DNA of 33,158 nucleotides from Candidatus Margulisiibacteriota bacterium (GCA_022709925.1 JAKLHX010000001.1:1-33158), one strand, 5' to 3'. Numbered from the stretch's first letter, positions 1-8,313 are shown. Numbers and translations: made by a program. Notes: generated by a model not told the origin, from the letters alone.

Positions 1-33
1 TCTGAAGGGGCCTATAAAGCTTCAAAATGTCCG

Positions 34-744
34 GTGATGTTCGTTACCGACAAAACACTCCCGCAAGGAGTGAAAGACCTGGAATATTACCAGGATATAG
101 CCGCGCCGGATATTGAGGCGGGGGCCTGCAAGACCATGAGGGTTGCTTTTGTGAACGGCGGGTTCGCTTATGCGCAGTTCCTTACAAAAGAGGCGTTTTG
201 TGTTGTTTATATAGCCCCGAAATATGTCCGGGAAGCTAAGGAAAAAGGGCCGCAGCAATTAATGAACATAATGAGGCATGAAATGGTGCATGTGAGACAG
301 GACCTTACCGGCAGATCGGATGAAGCGGGCGGACTTTCAACGCTTATAGCCAGGAGGATGGATTTGCCGGACGAACAGCTTCTGGGAGAGCTTATGAGCC
401 TAGGCGTGGGGAACGATATTATGGAACTAGAGGCCTATAAAACAACGATCCGGGACTGCATTTCTCAGAAAAATACGGAGGGAATAAAGGAGACCTGCGC
501 AAAGATCAATATATACTTTTCATCCCTGAATTATATGCTGGGTGTTTTGAAAAGAACCGGAGTGGCTGATATGTCCGGGTTGATAGATCGGATGCGCAGC
601 GAAGCGCTTTCGGACGCGGAAATAGAGGAGATAAATTCTCAAATAAAGCCTTTGGTAGAAGACGTAAAAGAAGGTAAAGAGGATTATTTTATAAGTAAAG
701 CGTTTTCCAGGGAAGACCTCGTAAGGAAGTACGGGCCCAGATAA
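34..744 (+). CDS. Hypothetical protein with an HExxH metallopeptidase-like motif (possibly 5'-truncated by the window edge)
   Basis: 236-aa ORF with motif NIMRHEMVHVRQD (HExxH followed by Q, reminiscent of DUF4157-type domains from memory). Frame 1 has no stop between nt 1 and 34, and no Shine-Dalgarno precedes GTG34/ATG37, so the true start may lie upstream of the window. Confidence 0.45.
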   Translation: MMFVTDKTLPQGVKDLEYYQDIAAPDIEAGACKTMRVAFVNGGFAYAQFLTKEAFCVVYIAPKYVREAKEKGPQQLMNIMRHEMVHVRQDLTGRSDEAGGLSTLIARRMDLPDEQLLGELMSLGVGNDIMELEAYKTTIRDCISQKNTEGIKETCAKINIYFSSLNYMLGVLKRTGVADMSGLIDRMRSEALSDAEIEEINSQIKPLVEDVKEGKEDYFISKAFSREDLVRKYGPR

Positions 745-747
745 AGA

Positions 748-1125
748 TCATTTTTTAAAGAAAAGCCAGTTTTTTTCTTGGCCCTTCAATTTGACGAGAT
801 AATAAATCCCTTTCAGTCTTTTTCCTTTTATATCGATGATCACATGGTCTTTGTCGAATTTTTCCGCCTTATATGAGCCATTGTCCCAGATCTTTACTGT
901 CCCTGCGCCGTAACTGCCTTTAGGGATCTCTCCTTCGAACTTTTCGTATCCTATTTCATGGTCATCGACCGCAATAGCAAGACGCTTTATCCCGGGAGTT
1001 CCCGGGGGCTCTTTTGGGATAGCCCAGCTTTTGAGCACTCCATCGTGCTCAAGCCGCAGGTCGTAGTGGAGATGAGAGGCATGATGCTTTTGGATGACGT
1101 AGATCAAAGGTTTCGTCATGATCAT
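748..1125 (-). CDS. Standalone LigD-type 3'-phosphoesterase (LigD_N / PE) domain protein
   Basis: 125 aa. [33 protein letters not shown]...[30 protein letters not shown] matches the His-rich core of the LigD phosphoesterase module. Its ATG overlaps the nth stop codon (ATGA at 1122-1125). Confidence 0.8.
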   Translation of the reverse strand: MIMTKPLIYVIQKHHASHLHYDLRLEHDGVLKSWAIPKEPPGTPGIKRLAIAVDDHEIGYEKFEGEIPKGSYGAGTVKIWDNGSYKAEKFDKDHVIIDIKGKRLKGIYYLVKLKGQEKNWLFFKK

Positions 1126-1799
1126 TTTTTCGGGGCGGGTTTAAAACCCGCCCTTACAAAGATTTTATAAGAAGGGCACAGCTTTGCTACGGGGCATATC
1201 GCGCATTTCGGTTTTTTCGCGTCACAAATATTCCTGCCGTGGTCGATAAGATAATGATTGATCTTTCCCCACAGATCTCTCGGGAACAGCTTTAGCAGGT
1301 CCTGTTCTATCTTGTTGGGATCGTCGTTCCTAGAGAGCCCGAGCCTTTGGGACAGGCGCTTAACATGCGTGTCCACGGCTATGCCCTCGTTCTTTCCGAA
1401 GGCATTGAACAATATCACGTTTGCCGTTTTTCTTGCGATCCCCGGCAATGTCAGCAGTTCTTCCATTGTGTCCGGAACGACCCCCCTGAACTTGTCCAGC
1501 ACCATCTGCGACATTGCTTTTACGTTCTTTGCCTTGTTGCGAAAAAAACCTGTTGAATGCACATATGTCTCGAGTTCTTTTTGATCGGCCTGGGCGAGCG
1601 CCTTTATGGTCTTGTACTTTTTAAAGAGCGCCGGGGATATCTTATTGACCTGCTTGTCCGTTGATTGCGCCGAGAGTATCGTTACGACGGCCAGCTGGAA
1701 CGGGGTTTTGTATTCCAGGGCGATCTTTGCATGCGGATATGTTTTTGCAAGGATATCGATTATCTTATTGGCTCGGACCTTAAGGGCATTCTCGCTCAT
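1122..1799 (-). CDS. nth: Endonuclease III (DNA glycosylase / AP lyase)
   Basis: 225 aa with helix-hairpin-helix [24 protein letters not shown], and a C-terminal CX6CX2CX5C 4Fe-4S loop ([17 protein letters not shown]). The last ~10 codons (AGFKPAPKK) are encoded by the hairpin repeat at 1131-1157. Confidence 0.9.
   Translation of the reverse strand: MSENALKVRANKIIDILAKTYPHAKIALEYKTPFQLAVVTILSAQSTDKQVNKISPALFKKYKTIKALAQADQKELETYVHSTGFFRNKAKNVKAMSQMVLDKFRGVVPDTMEELLTLPGIARKTANVILFNAFGKNEGIAVDTHVKRLSQRLGLSRNDDPNKIEQDLLKLFPRDLWGKINHYLIDHGRNICDAKKPKCAICPVAKLCPSYKIFVRAGFKPAPKK
1131..1157. repeat. 27-nt GC-stem hairpin repeat, copy 1 (CGGGGCGGGTTTAAAACCCGCCCTTAC)
   Basis: Exact reverse-complement match to 27157-27183. 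The stem GGGCGGG/CCCGCCC flanks an A/T loop. This copy lies inside the 3' end of the nth coding sequence. Confidence 0.85.
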
Positions 1800-1829
1800 T
1801 TGAAGTAGATTATAACATCATTATATAAT

Positions 1830-2261
1830 GTGCATATGCATATAGAACCAAAACCCGGGCGCACATTTATCGGACGTTTTGAAGCGGGGCAAGACCTTCT
1901 TGCCGAGCTTAATGGCTTTTGCAAACAAAATAATATAAGGCTTGGAGTTTTTAATCTGATAGGAGCAGTACGCAATGCGAAGCTCGGATATTATGACCAG
2001 GAAAAGAAACAATATACAGGATGCGTGGAATTGAACAAAAAGCTGGAAATAGCGGCCTGCATGGGCAATATTTCCATAAAGGACGGCGAAATAATGGTCC
2101 ACGCGCATATAACGCTTGCGGATATGGATGGCAATGCTTTCGGCGGGCACCTTATGCCCGGCACCGAGATATTCGCGGCGGAGTTCTTTATTCAGGAATT
2201 GATCGGGGCTGAGCTGGTCCGAGGAAAAGACGGGAAAACCGGATTGCCGCTGTGGCAATAG
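1830..2261 (+). CDS. PPC (DUF296) domain protein
   Basis: 143 aa. The pattern GRTFIGRFEAGQDLLAELNGFCKQNNIRLGVFNLIGAV...GNISIKDGEIMVHAHITLADMDGNAFGGHL is typical of PPC/DUF296 proteins. The likely true start is ATG 1836, 6 nt after TATAAT (1824-1829), which would make it leaderless. Confidence 0.7.
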   Translation: MHMHIEPKPGRTFIGRFEAGQDLLAELNGFCKQNNIRLGVFNLIGAVRNAKLGYYDQEKKQYTGCVELNKKLEIAACMGNISIKDGEIMVHAHITLADMDGNAFGGHLMPGTEIFAAEFFIQELIGAELVRGKDGKTGLPLWQ

Positions 2262-2759
2262 TTATTTGAACATCCCTATGATATTATCCGCCCAAATCTT
2301 AGCGTTCAAAGAGTTCTGCTGAGGGTTTTTAAGGACATTCACGAAGTCGTTCTCGCTTATTACGTCGCTACCTTCCAGCTCTTTCTTCATATCCCCTATG
2401 GTTTTTGCGGGACCCCACTCATGACAGCAGAATAATGCGACCTTTTTGTCATTAAGTTTTATCTTGTTGAAGAAAGTCCGCAGAGCCGGAGCGTAGGTAA
2501 ATGCCCAGACAGGAGTGCCTATGAAAATAAGCTCATAATCGTTCGGATCTTTGTCAAAAGGAAGGAGTTCCGGGGACTTTTTTTGAAAAATCTGTTTGCC
2601 GCCCCAAATGTATTTCATGAAACCTTTTGTTTTTATGTCATCCCGCACTTTTAGCTCTAGAATATCCGCTTTTATCTCTTGTGCGATCGCATCTGAAATA
2701 AACCTTGTACTACCCTCGAACGAGTAAAAAACTATAAGTGTTTTAGGCGCGTTGTTCAT
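2262..2759 (-). CDS. Flavodoxin-family protein
   Basis: 165 aa with an N-terminal KTLIVFYSFEGSTRFI flavodoxin-like loop and overall alpha/beta pattern. Convergent with, and abutting, the PPC gene. Confidence 0.7.
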   Translation of the reverse strand: MNNAPKTLIVFYSFEGSTRFISDAIAQEIKADILELKVRDDIKTKGFMKYIWGGKQIFQKKSPELLPFDKDPNDYELIFIGTPVWAFTYAPALRTFFNKIKLNDKKVALFCCHEWGPAKTIGDMKKELEGSDVISENDFVNVLKNPQQNSLNAKIWADNIIGMFK

Positions 2760-2770
2760 ATCTAGGGGCC

Positions 2771-2799
2771 ATTATGATGTGGGAGCCACATATTGTCAA
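2771..2799 (-). promoter_or_regulatory. Candidate promoter of the flavodoxin gene, with a palindrome in the spacer
   Basis: On the minus strand: TTGACA (2794-2799), a 17-nt spacer, CATAAT (2771-2776), and the ATG 11 nt downstream with no SD. The spacer holds the perfect palindrome ATGTGG-GAG-CCACAT (2777-2791). Confidence 0.4.
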
Positions 2800-2833
2800 C
2801 GATATAGTTATCCACAGAAAAGCTAATAACCTG

Positions 2834-2863
2834 TTGACAACTATTTGTCAAATATGGTTAAAT
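2834..2863 (+). promoter_or_regulatory. Candidate promoter/operator of the Rrf2-cysK-thiSF operon
   Basis: TTGACA (2834-2839), 18 nt, TTAAAT (2858-2863) preceded by TGG. The -35 element is one arm of the perfect inverted repeat TTGACA-ACTATT-TGTCAA (2834-2851). Confidence 0.45.
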
Positions 2864-2893
2864 ACTACTAAATCGATAGAAATAGTGGTGTTT

Positions 2894-3304
2894 ATGAATA
2901 TATCAACAAAAGGACGATACGGAACAAAACTTGTTTTGGATATTGCCGCTAACTCCGACCAAGGGCCGGTGCTTATAAAAGATGTTTCAAAGAGACTGGG
3001 ACTTTCCGAAAAATATCTGGGGCAATTGGCGCTGATGCTTAAAAACGCGGGTTTGTTAAGGTCCTTAAGAGGAGCAAGGGGAGGATATTTGCTTTCTAAG
3101 CCGGCAGGCGAAATAAATTTTTGCGATATTGTAGAATGCCTTGAAGGCCCGATATGTTTATCGGATAAAAGCGATGATTGTGCAGCCAATATTATCTGGG
3201 ACGAGATAGCCGAATGGATGAAAGATCGAATGCGGGCCGTAACACTGGCGGAACTCGCCGAGATCCAAAAAGAGATGTCCCAAAAGTTCGCTTATATCAT
3301 TTAG
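2894..3304 (+). CDS. Rrf2-family transcriptional regulator (IscR/CymR-like)
   Basis: 136 aa from ATG 2894. [18 protein letters not shown]... is the canonical Rrf2 N-terminal wHTH. A Cys triad CX5CX7C ([15 protein letters not shown]) could ligate an Fe-S cluster. The track ORF from 2774 is an upstream extension that runs through the promoter. Confidence 0.85.
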   Translation: MNISTKGRYGTKLVLDIAANSDQGPVLIKDVSKRLGLSEKYLGQLALMLKNAGLLRSLRGARGGYLLSKPAGEINFCDIVECLEGPICLSDKSDDCAANIIWDEIAEWMKDRMRAVTLAELAEIQKEMSQKFAYII

Positions 3305-3315
3305 GAGGTAAAGAC

Positions 3316-4242
3316 ATGGCAAAGATATTCGAAGACATAACAAAGACTGTCGGGAATACGCCGCTAGTAAGGCTTAAAAAAACAGGCAAAGGCCTATATG
3401 CGAACATAATCGCGAAGATAGAATCTTTCAACCCATTGTCCAGCATAAAGGACAGGACTGCCCTTTCTATGATAGAAGACGCCGAACAAAAGGGGCTTAT
3501 TAAGGAAGGCGGTACGATAATAGAGCCTACCAGCGGGAATACTGGGATCGCGCTTGCTTTTATCTGCGCGTCCAGAGGCTATAAATTGATACTCACTATG
3601 CCTGAAACCATGAGCATTGAAAGAAGACAACTTTTGCAGATATTGGGGGCAGAGGTCGTTCTCACTCCAGGCCCAGAAGGCATGACAGGGGCCGTTAACA
3701 AGGCGCGGGCGCTGCTTAAAGATATCCCGGGCTCCATTATCCTGCAGCAGTTTGAAAACCCGGCAAATCCCAAGGTCCACAGGGAGATCACGGCCAAAGA
3801 GATATGGGAAGATTCGGGCGGCAAAGCGGATATCCTGGTTGCAGGAGTGGGGACCGGAGGGACGGTCACGGGGATATCAGAGACACTAAAGAAAAAGAAA
3901 AAAGGATTTAAGACCATCGCGGTAGAGCCGGATTCTTCTCCGGTCATTTCAGGCGGTGTCCCGGGCCCTCATAAGATACAGGGCATAGGCGCCGGGTTCA
4001 TCCCGAAAGTCCTGGATAAAAGTTTGATAGATGAAATAATAAGGGTCAAGGACGAAGATGCCGGCATAACAGCTAGGAAGCTGGCGAAAGAAGAGGGGAT
4101 ACTTGTCGGGATCTCATCGGGCGCCGCTTTATGGGCTGCCGTGGAAGTTGCGAAAAGGCCGGAAAACAAAGGGAAGAATATTATCGTGATCCTTCCGGAC
4201 AGCGGCGAAAGATATCTTTCTACCTGGCTCTTCAAGGAATAA
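3316..4242 (+). CDS. cysK: Cysteine synthase (O-acetylserine sulfhydrylase family, PLP-dependent)
   Basis: 308 aa from ATG 3316, with AGGAGG at 3303-3308. Motifs: [11 protein letters not shown]-lysine SSIKDR, TSGNTG, GVGTGGT, and the C-terminal DSGERYLST. Confidence 0.9.
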   Translation: MAKIFEDITKTVGNTPLVRLKKTGKGLYANIIAKIESFNPLSSIKDRTALSMIEDAEQKGLIKEGGTIIEPTSGNTGIALAFICASRGYKLILTMPETMSIERRQLLQILGAEVVLTPGPEGMTGAVNKARALLKDIPGSIILQQFENPANPKVHREITAKEIWEDSGGKADILVAGVGTGGTVTGISETLKKKKKGFKTIAVEPDSSPVISGGVPGPHKIQGIGAGFIPKVLDKSLIDEIIRVKDEDAGITARKLAKEEGILVGISSGAALWAAVEVAKRPENKGKNIIVILPDSGERYLSTWLFKE

Positions 4243-4246
4243 GAGA

Positions 4247-4450
4247 ATGGAACTGATAATAAACGGAGAAAAACAAGATCTTGGATCCGGCGTTACAAAT
4301 GTCGACCTGCTAATAGGTGCGCTTTCAGTAAAAAAAGAAAGAACGGCCGTTGAATTGAACGGGATGATAATAGACCAGAATAACTGGGCTTCGACAGCGT
4401 TAAAATCCGGAGATAAGATAGAGATCGTTTCGTTCGTTGGCGGAGGATAG
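4247..4450 (+). CDS. thiS: ThiS/MoaD-type sulfur-carrier protein (beta-grasp, C-terminal GG)
   Basis: 67 aa. It begins with the ThiS-like MELIINGE and ends in VGGG. It starts 4 nt after cysK and ends 3 nt before thiF. Confidence 0.8.
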   Translation: MELIINGEKQDLGSGVTNVDLLIGALSVKKERTAVELNGMIIDQNNWASTALKSGDKIEIVSFVGGG

Positions 4451-4453
4451 AAG

Positions 4454-5062
4454 ATGAAGAACTTTTATGCCGCACTGTTGAAGTATATGTCAAAAGAACA
4501 GATCGTGAAAGTCCAAAGGGCAAAGGTCGGCATCGCCGGCTGCGGAGGGCTGGGGTCAAATATCGCGAACGTGCTCGTGCGCTCGGGGTTCGGGGATATC
4601 GAGATGATCGACCATGATGTGATAGAGCCGAGCAACCTGAATAGGCAGAATTATTTTTTGGACGAGATAGGTTTTTCAAAGGTCGAGATGACGGCAAAAA
4701 GGCTCATCGGCATCAATCCGGACGTATACATCATGGCGAAAAAACTTTTTCTTGATAAAGACAATATCGCCGGGCAGTTCAAAGACAGGGATATCATATT
4801 CGAGGCCTTTGACAGCGCGGAGTCAAAAAAACTTTTTCTCGAGACTTTCGGCAATTCCGGCAAACTTCTTATCATGGGAAGCGGAATGGCCGGCATTTCG
4901 AACGAAAAACCTATAGCGGTGCGCAAGATCAAGGAAAATGTCTATATTGTCGGGGATGAGGAAGCCGATATCTCCAAAGGGTTCCCGCCGCTTGCCCCTC
5001 GGGTCATTGCCTGCGCGGCTATGATGGCGGGCGTGGGGCTGGAGCAAGTGCTTAACAGATGA
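4454..5062 (+). CDS. thiF: ThiF-family (short E1-like) sulfur-carrier adenylyltransferase
   Basis: 202 aa with Rossmann loop GIAGCGGLGSNIA and DHDVIEPSNLNRQ. The GGAGGA RBS lies inside the thiS 3' end. There is no rhodanese or Zn-Cys extension. Confidence 0.8.
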   Translation: MKNFYAALLKYMSKEQIVKVQRAKVGIAGCGGLGSNIANVLVRSGFGDIEMIDHDVIEPSNLNRQNYFLDEIGFSKVEMTAKRLIGINPDVYIMAKKLFLDKDNIAGQFKDRDIIFEAFDSAESKKLFLETFGNSGKLLIMGSGMAGISNEKPIAVRKIKENVYIVGDEEADISKGFPPLAPRVIACAAMMAGVGLEQVLNR

Positions 5063-5674
5063 TCACCAATCCAATCCCTCAATCCCTTTATCCCCCAGAT
5101 CGTAATAATGTTTTATCTTTTTCATTTGTGTGATAAGGTCGATCTTGCGCGATAGTTCCGGCGGCAGGATTCTTCCTGTGAGAATTAAATTATTTCCGCC
5201 GGGGAGGGGCGATTCGCGAATCGCCCGTACAGTATTGATCAATTCCCCAATGTCGTTATTCGTTATCAGCCCTGCCGCCGCGGCGTCGAATATCTCATCA
5301 AGTACGACGAGAAAATATGTTCCTGACGCTATAAGCTTTTTCGCAAGCGCCAGACCTTCCGCGGCTTTTTTCGCGTGCGGTTCTTTTTTTGACGGATCCA
5401 GGAAGAACGAAGGGTCGCCAACAAGATGAATATCTATTAGAGGACGGCCTGCCTGCCGGTCAGGCAGGGCTTGAAACCCACCCTTACATAAAAACTTGTA
5501 TTCGCCGCAGCGTTCCTGGCCTTTTAAGAATTGTACGACCGCGACTTTTTTGCCGTGGCCCGCGGCGCGTATGGCATGGCCTATCGCAGCAGAGGTTTTT
5601 CCTTCGCCGTCACCGATGAAAGCGAGGATCTTGTTGGATGGGTTATTCACTTTAATTTTTCTAGTTACCAGCAC
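5063..5674 (-). CDS. cobO: ATP:cob(I)alamin adenosyltransferase (CobA/CobO/BtuR family)
   Basis: 203 aa with P-loop-like FIGDGEGKTSAAIGHAIRAAGHG, VVQFLKG and LVVLDE. The start is uncertain (GTG 5674 or GTG 5650) and neither has a clear SD. Confidence 0.75.
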   Translation of the reverse strand: MLVTRKIKVNNPSNKILAFIGDGEGKTSAAIGHAIRAAGHGKKVAVVQFLKGQERCGEYKFLCKGGFQALPDRQAGRPLIDIHLVGDPSFFLDPSKKEPHAKKAAEGLALAKKLIASGTYFLVVLDEIFDAAAAGLITNNDIGELINTVRAIRESPLPGGNNLILTGRILPPELSRKIDLITQMKKIKHYYDLGDKGIEGLDW

Positions 5675-5678
5675 GTTC

Positions 5679-5805
5679 GTCCCGACAAATCGGGACTCAC
5701 TACGGCACGCTCTCTTCGTTCGCTACAGCTTACGGCTTTCCGGAGCTGTAAGCCGTAGGCCCGAGCCTGTCGAGGGCCGTGCTGTAAGCGAAGCGAGCCG
5801 TAGTG
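5679..5805. repeat. GC-rich nested inverted-repeat element (REP/MITE-like or a structured RNA) between nrdJ and cobO
   Basis: There is a perfect 7-bp hairpin GTCCCGA-CAAA-TCGGGAC (5679-5696). Outer arms 5698-5711/5792-5805 pair at 13 of 14 positions. Arms 5719-5729/5781-5792 pair with one bulge. Two inner hairpins follow: TACGGCT...AGCCGTA and GGCCC...GGGCC. G+C is visibly above the surrounding sequence. Confidence 0.5.
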
Positions 5806-5818
5806 CAGCGTGCTTTCC

Positions 5819-8152
5819 CTACCAGCACTTAGAATATCCGCAGGATTTGCATACGATGCATCCTTCGGAGAAGTCGACCATGCTGCCGCAATCGGGACAC
5901 TGCGGACACATGTCTGTCCTTATTTCGCGCTCGTCCATCACGGCTACCTGAGGGGCTAGCGGGACGGGTGCTGTTGCCATGGCCTTTGCTACTGCGGGGT
6001 CTACAAGGACCATTTCATCTTCCACGTGCCCGTGGCCGTTACCATTGCCATTACCGTTTGAGCTTTCTATGTATTTTTCTATGGTCTTTGCTATGGCGTC
6101 CGGGCAGGAAAGTATCATGCCGCCGTTCACCCAGAGAGGAGAAGGGCACCTGATCCCTTTTACCTGCTTGAGTATCGCTTCCTTTTCTATGCCCGACCTG
6201 AGACAAAGAGAGATCAGCCTGCTTATCGCTTCGGATTGTGACGCGGCGCATCCGCCGGATTTGCCCATTTTCGCGAATATTTCGCAAAGCCCCATCTTGT
6301 CCTCGTTTATGGTCACATAAAGATTGCCGCAGCCGGTCCCGACCCTAAGCGTCCTGCCGAGCGTTTCCGACGGCCTTTCCCTCGGGACTATTCCGGAATG
6401 TTTCTTTGCTTCCGGCTGGGCCTTGCTCTCGATGTTGAGCACCTGAGTCTCACGGCTCTTGTCCCTATAAATGGTAACGCCCTTGCATCCTTCTTTATAT
6501 GAGAAAAGATAAGAGCTCTTAACATCCTCTACCGTCGCCGTATTGGCGAAATTCACGGTCTTTGATACGGCATTGTCCGTGTATTTCTGGAAAGCTGCCT
6601 GCATCCTGATATGCCACTCGGCGCTTATGTCGTGAGCGGTCACGAAAACCCTCTTAATATCTTCAGGGATCTCGTCTATGCCGGCAAGCGAGCCGTGCTC
6701 GGCGATCTTTCTCATGAGCTCTTCGCTGTAGAAGCCTCTTTCTTTCGCGACGCGCTTGAATATCGGATGGACCTCGACCAATTCGGTATTGTCCATTACG
6801 CGCCTTATATAAGATATCGCGAACAATGGCTCTATCCCGGAGGAACAGCTGGCTATGATGCTTATGGTCCCGGTCGGCGCAAGCGTTGTTGTCGTTGCGT
6901 TCCTGTATTTAGGCCCGTTCGGCACATCATATATGCTGCCTTTGAAGTTCGCGAATTCGCCGCGCTCCAGCGCAAGCTTTTCGGAAGCTTTCTTGCTTTC
7001 TTCCTGTATGAACTTCATGACCTTTTCGGCGATCGCGATGGCTTTTTTCGTGTTGTAAGGGATATTCAGCCTTATGAGCATGTCCGCGAATCCCATTACG
7101 CCAAGCCCGACTTTCCTGTTGGATTTTGTGGTCTCTTCTATCTTTTTCAGCGGATAGCGGTTCATTTCTATGACGTCGTCCAGGAACCTTACGGCAAGGT
7201 GCACGGTCCTTCGGATCTTTTCCCAGTTTATTTCAAAAGATCCGTTCGTGGTCAGTTTTGTCATCTTTGCAAGATTTATCGAGCCAAGGTTGCATGATTC
7301 ATACGGAAGGAGAGGCTGTTCTCCGCACGGGTTAGTTGCTTCGATCTCTCCCACAAGCGGGGTCGGATTGAAAGCGTTTATCCTGTCGATGAATACGACC
7401 CCGGGATCGCCGTTCTTCCAGGCCATTTCGCACATGAGGTCGAAGATCTCTTTCGCGTTGTACTGTCTCGTTTTTTCCTTGGTCCTTGGGTTGATCAGGT
7501 CATACATGCGTCCTTCTTCCACGGCTTCCATGAATTCGTCAGTTACGGCTACCGATATATTGAAGTTGTTTATTTTGCTGTTGTCCCTCTTGCAGGTTAT
7601 GAAGTCAAGGATGTCGGGATGGTCAACCCTGAGGATCCCCATATTGGCCCCGCGCCTGGTCCCGCCCTGTTTTACGGCTTCGGTCGCGGCATCGAACACG
7701 GTCATAAAAGAAACAGGCCCTGATGAAACCCCTTTTGTCGTAAGGACCAGGTCATCTTTCGGGCGGAGATGTGAAAATGAGAAGCCCGTCCCGCCGCCGC
7801 TCTTGTGTATCAACGCGGTCTCTTTCACCGTTTCGAATATGCTCTCCAGAGAATCGTCAACGGGAAGAACAAAGCATGCGGACAATTGCTGAAGGTCCCG
7901 TCCCGCATTCATAAGAGTGGGGGAGTTGGGGAGAAAGTCCAGATAAGACATCATCTTAAAGAATTCTTCCTCGCATTGCTTTGCCTCTATCGTGGACGTG
8001 AACTTTACTTCCGCGGAAGCGATGTTCTGCGCCACCCTTCTGAAAAGGTCCATCGGCTTTTCAATTACATTCCCTTTGTCGTCCCTTTTTAGATACCTTT
8101 TATCGAGCACTTTCAAAGCGTTTTCGGTCAAATTCAACTCTTCGTTCGGCAT
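5819..8152 (-). CDS. nrdJ: Adenosylcobalamin-dependent (class II) ribonucleotide reductase, long form with a C-terminal Cys-rich zinc-finger-like tail
   Basis: 777 aa. Motifs: [52 protein letters not shown] and [20 protein letters not shown]. The tail is [29 protein letters not shown], preceded by a [10 protein letters not shown] linker. RBS GGGGGA. Confidence 0.9.
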   Translation of the reverse strand: MPNEELNLTENALKVLDKRYLKRDDKGNVIEKPMDLFRRVAQNIASAEVKFTSTIEAKQCEEEFFKMMSYLDFLPNSPTLMNAGRDLQQLSACFVLPVDDSLESIFETVKETALIHKSGGGTGFSFSHLRPKDDLVLTTKGVSSGPVSFMTVFDAATEAVKQGGTRRGANMGILRVDHPDILDFITCKRDNSKINNFNISVAVTDEFMEAVEEGRMYDLINPRTKEKTRQYNAKEIFDLMCEMAWKNGDPGVVFIDRINAFNPTPLVGEIEATNPCGEQPLLPYESCNLGSINLAKMTKLTTNGSFEINWEKIRRTVHLAVRFLDDVIEMNRYPLKKIEETTKSNRKVGLGVMGFADMLIRLNIPYNTKKAIAIAEKVMKFIQEESKKASEKLALERGEFANFKGSIYDVPNGPKYRNATTTTLAPTGTISIIASCSSGIEPLFAISYIRRVMDNTELVEVHPIFKRVAKERGFYSEELMRKIAEHGSLAGIDEIPEDIKRVFVTAHDISAEWHIRMQAAFQKYTDNAVSKTVNFANTATVEDVKSSYLFSYKEGCKGVTIYRDKSRETQVLNIESKAQPEAKKHSGIVPRERPSETLGRTLRVGTGCGNLYVTINEDKMGLCEIFAKMGKSGGCAASQSEAISRLISLCLRSGIEKEAILKQVKGIRCPSPLWVNGGMILSCPDAIAKTIEKYIESSNGNGNGNGHGHVEDEMVLVDPAVAKAMATAPVPLAPQVAVMDEREIRTDMCPQCPDCGSMVDFSEGCIVCKSCGYSKCW

Positions 8153-8313
8153 AAAGATCCCCCTTCATAGTGTTTTTAGAGTTTTCCGGTAAGGAATGTC
8201 TTTTGAGAAGCCAAGCTATAGAAGTTTAAGACTGGCAATTGCGAAAAATGCCTTTCTCAAACCGCTAACACGAAGCCTCCGGCAAAACATAATTTTTCCA
8301 TCTTTTAACTCTG

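Noticed and set aside
2774-3315. N-terminally extended track ORFs for the Rrf2 regulator (2774), cysK (3178), nrdR (8826), the redoxin (10952) and tlpA (23498)
   Set aside because: The family-typical N-termini, RBSs or signal peptides sit at internal starts. The extensions run through promoters or overlap neighbouring genes.
5675-5818. Cobalamin riboswitch between nrdJ1 and cobO, or upstream of nrdJ1 (8153-8313)
   Set aside because: I could find no B12-box-like core (GCCACTG-type) on either strand. The element is better described as nested inverted repeats. An Rfam scan is still advisable.
6611-7892. Long plus-strand ORFs (6611-7297, 7170-7892, also 5979-6320 and 7805-8092) inside the nrdJ1 region
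   Set aside because: They are antisense shadows of a strongly supported minus-strand RNR gene. Their translations are low-complexity (Arg/Ser/Phe-rich) with no recognisable motifs or RBSs.
8153-8313. NrdR boxes in the nrdR-nrdJ1 spacer
   Set aside because: Only isolated half-sites are present (ACACTAT near 8166-8172 on the minus strand, CTATAG near 8215). There is no 16-bp palindrome and no tandem pair at the usual spacing.
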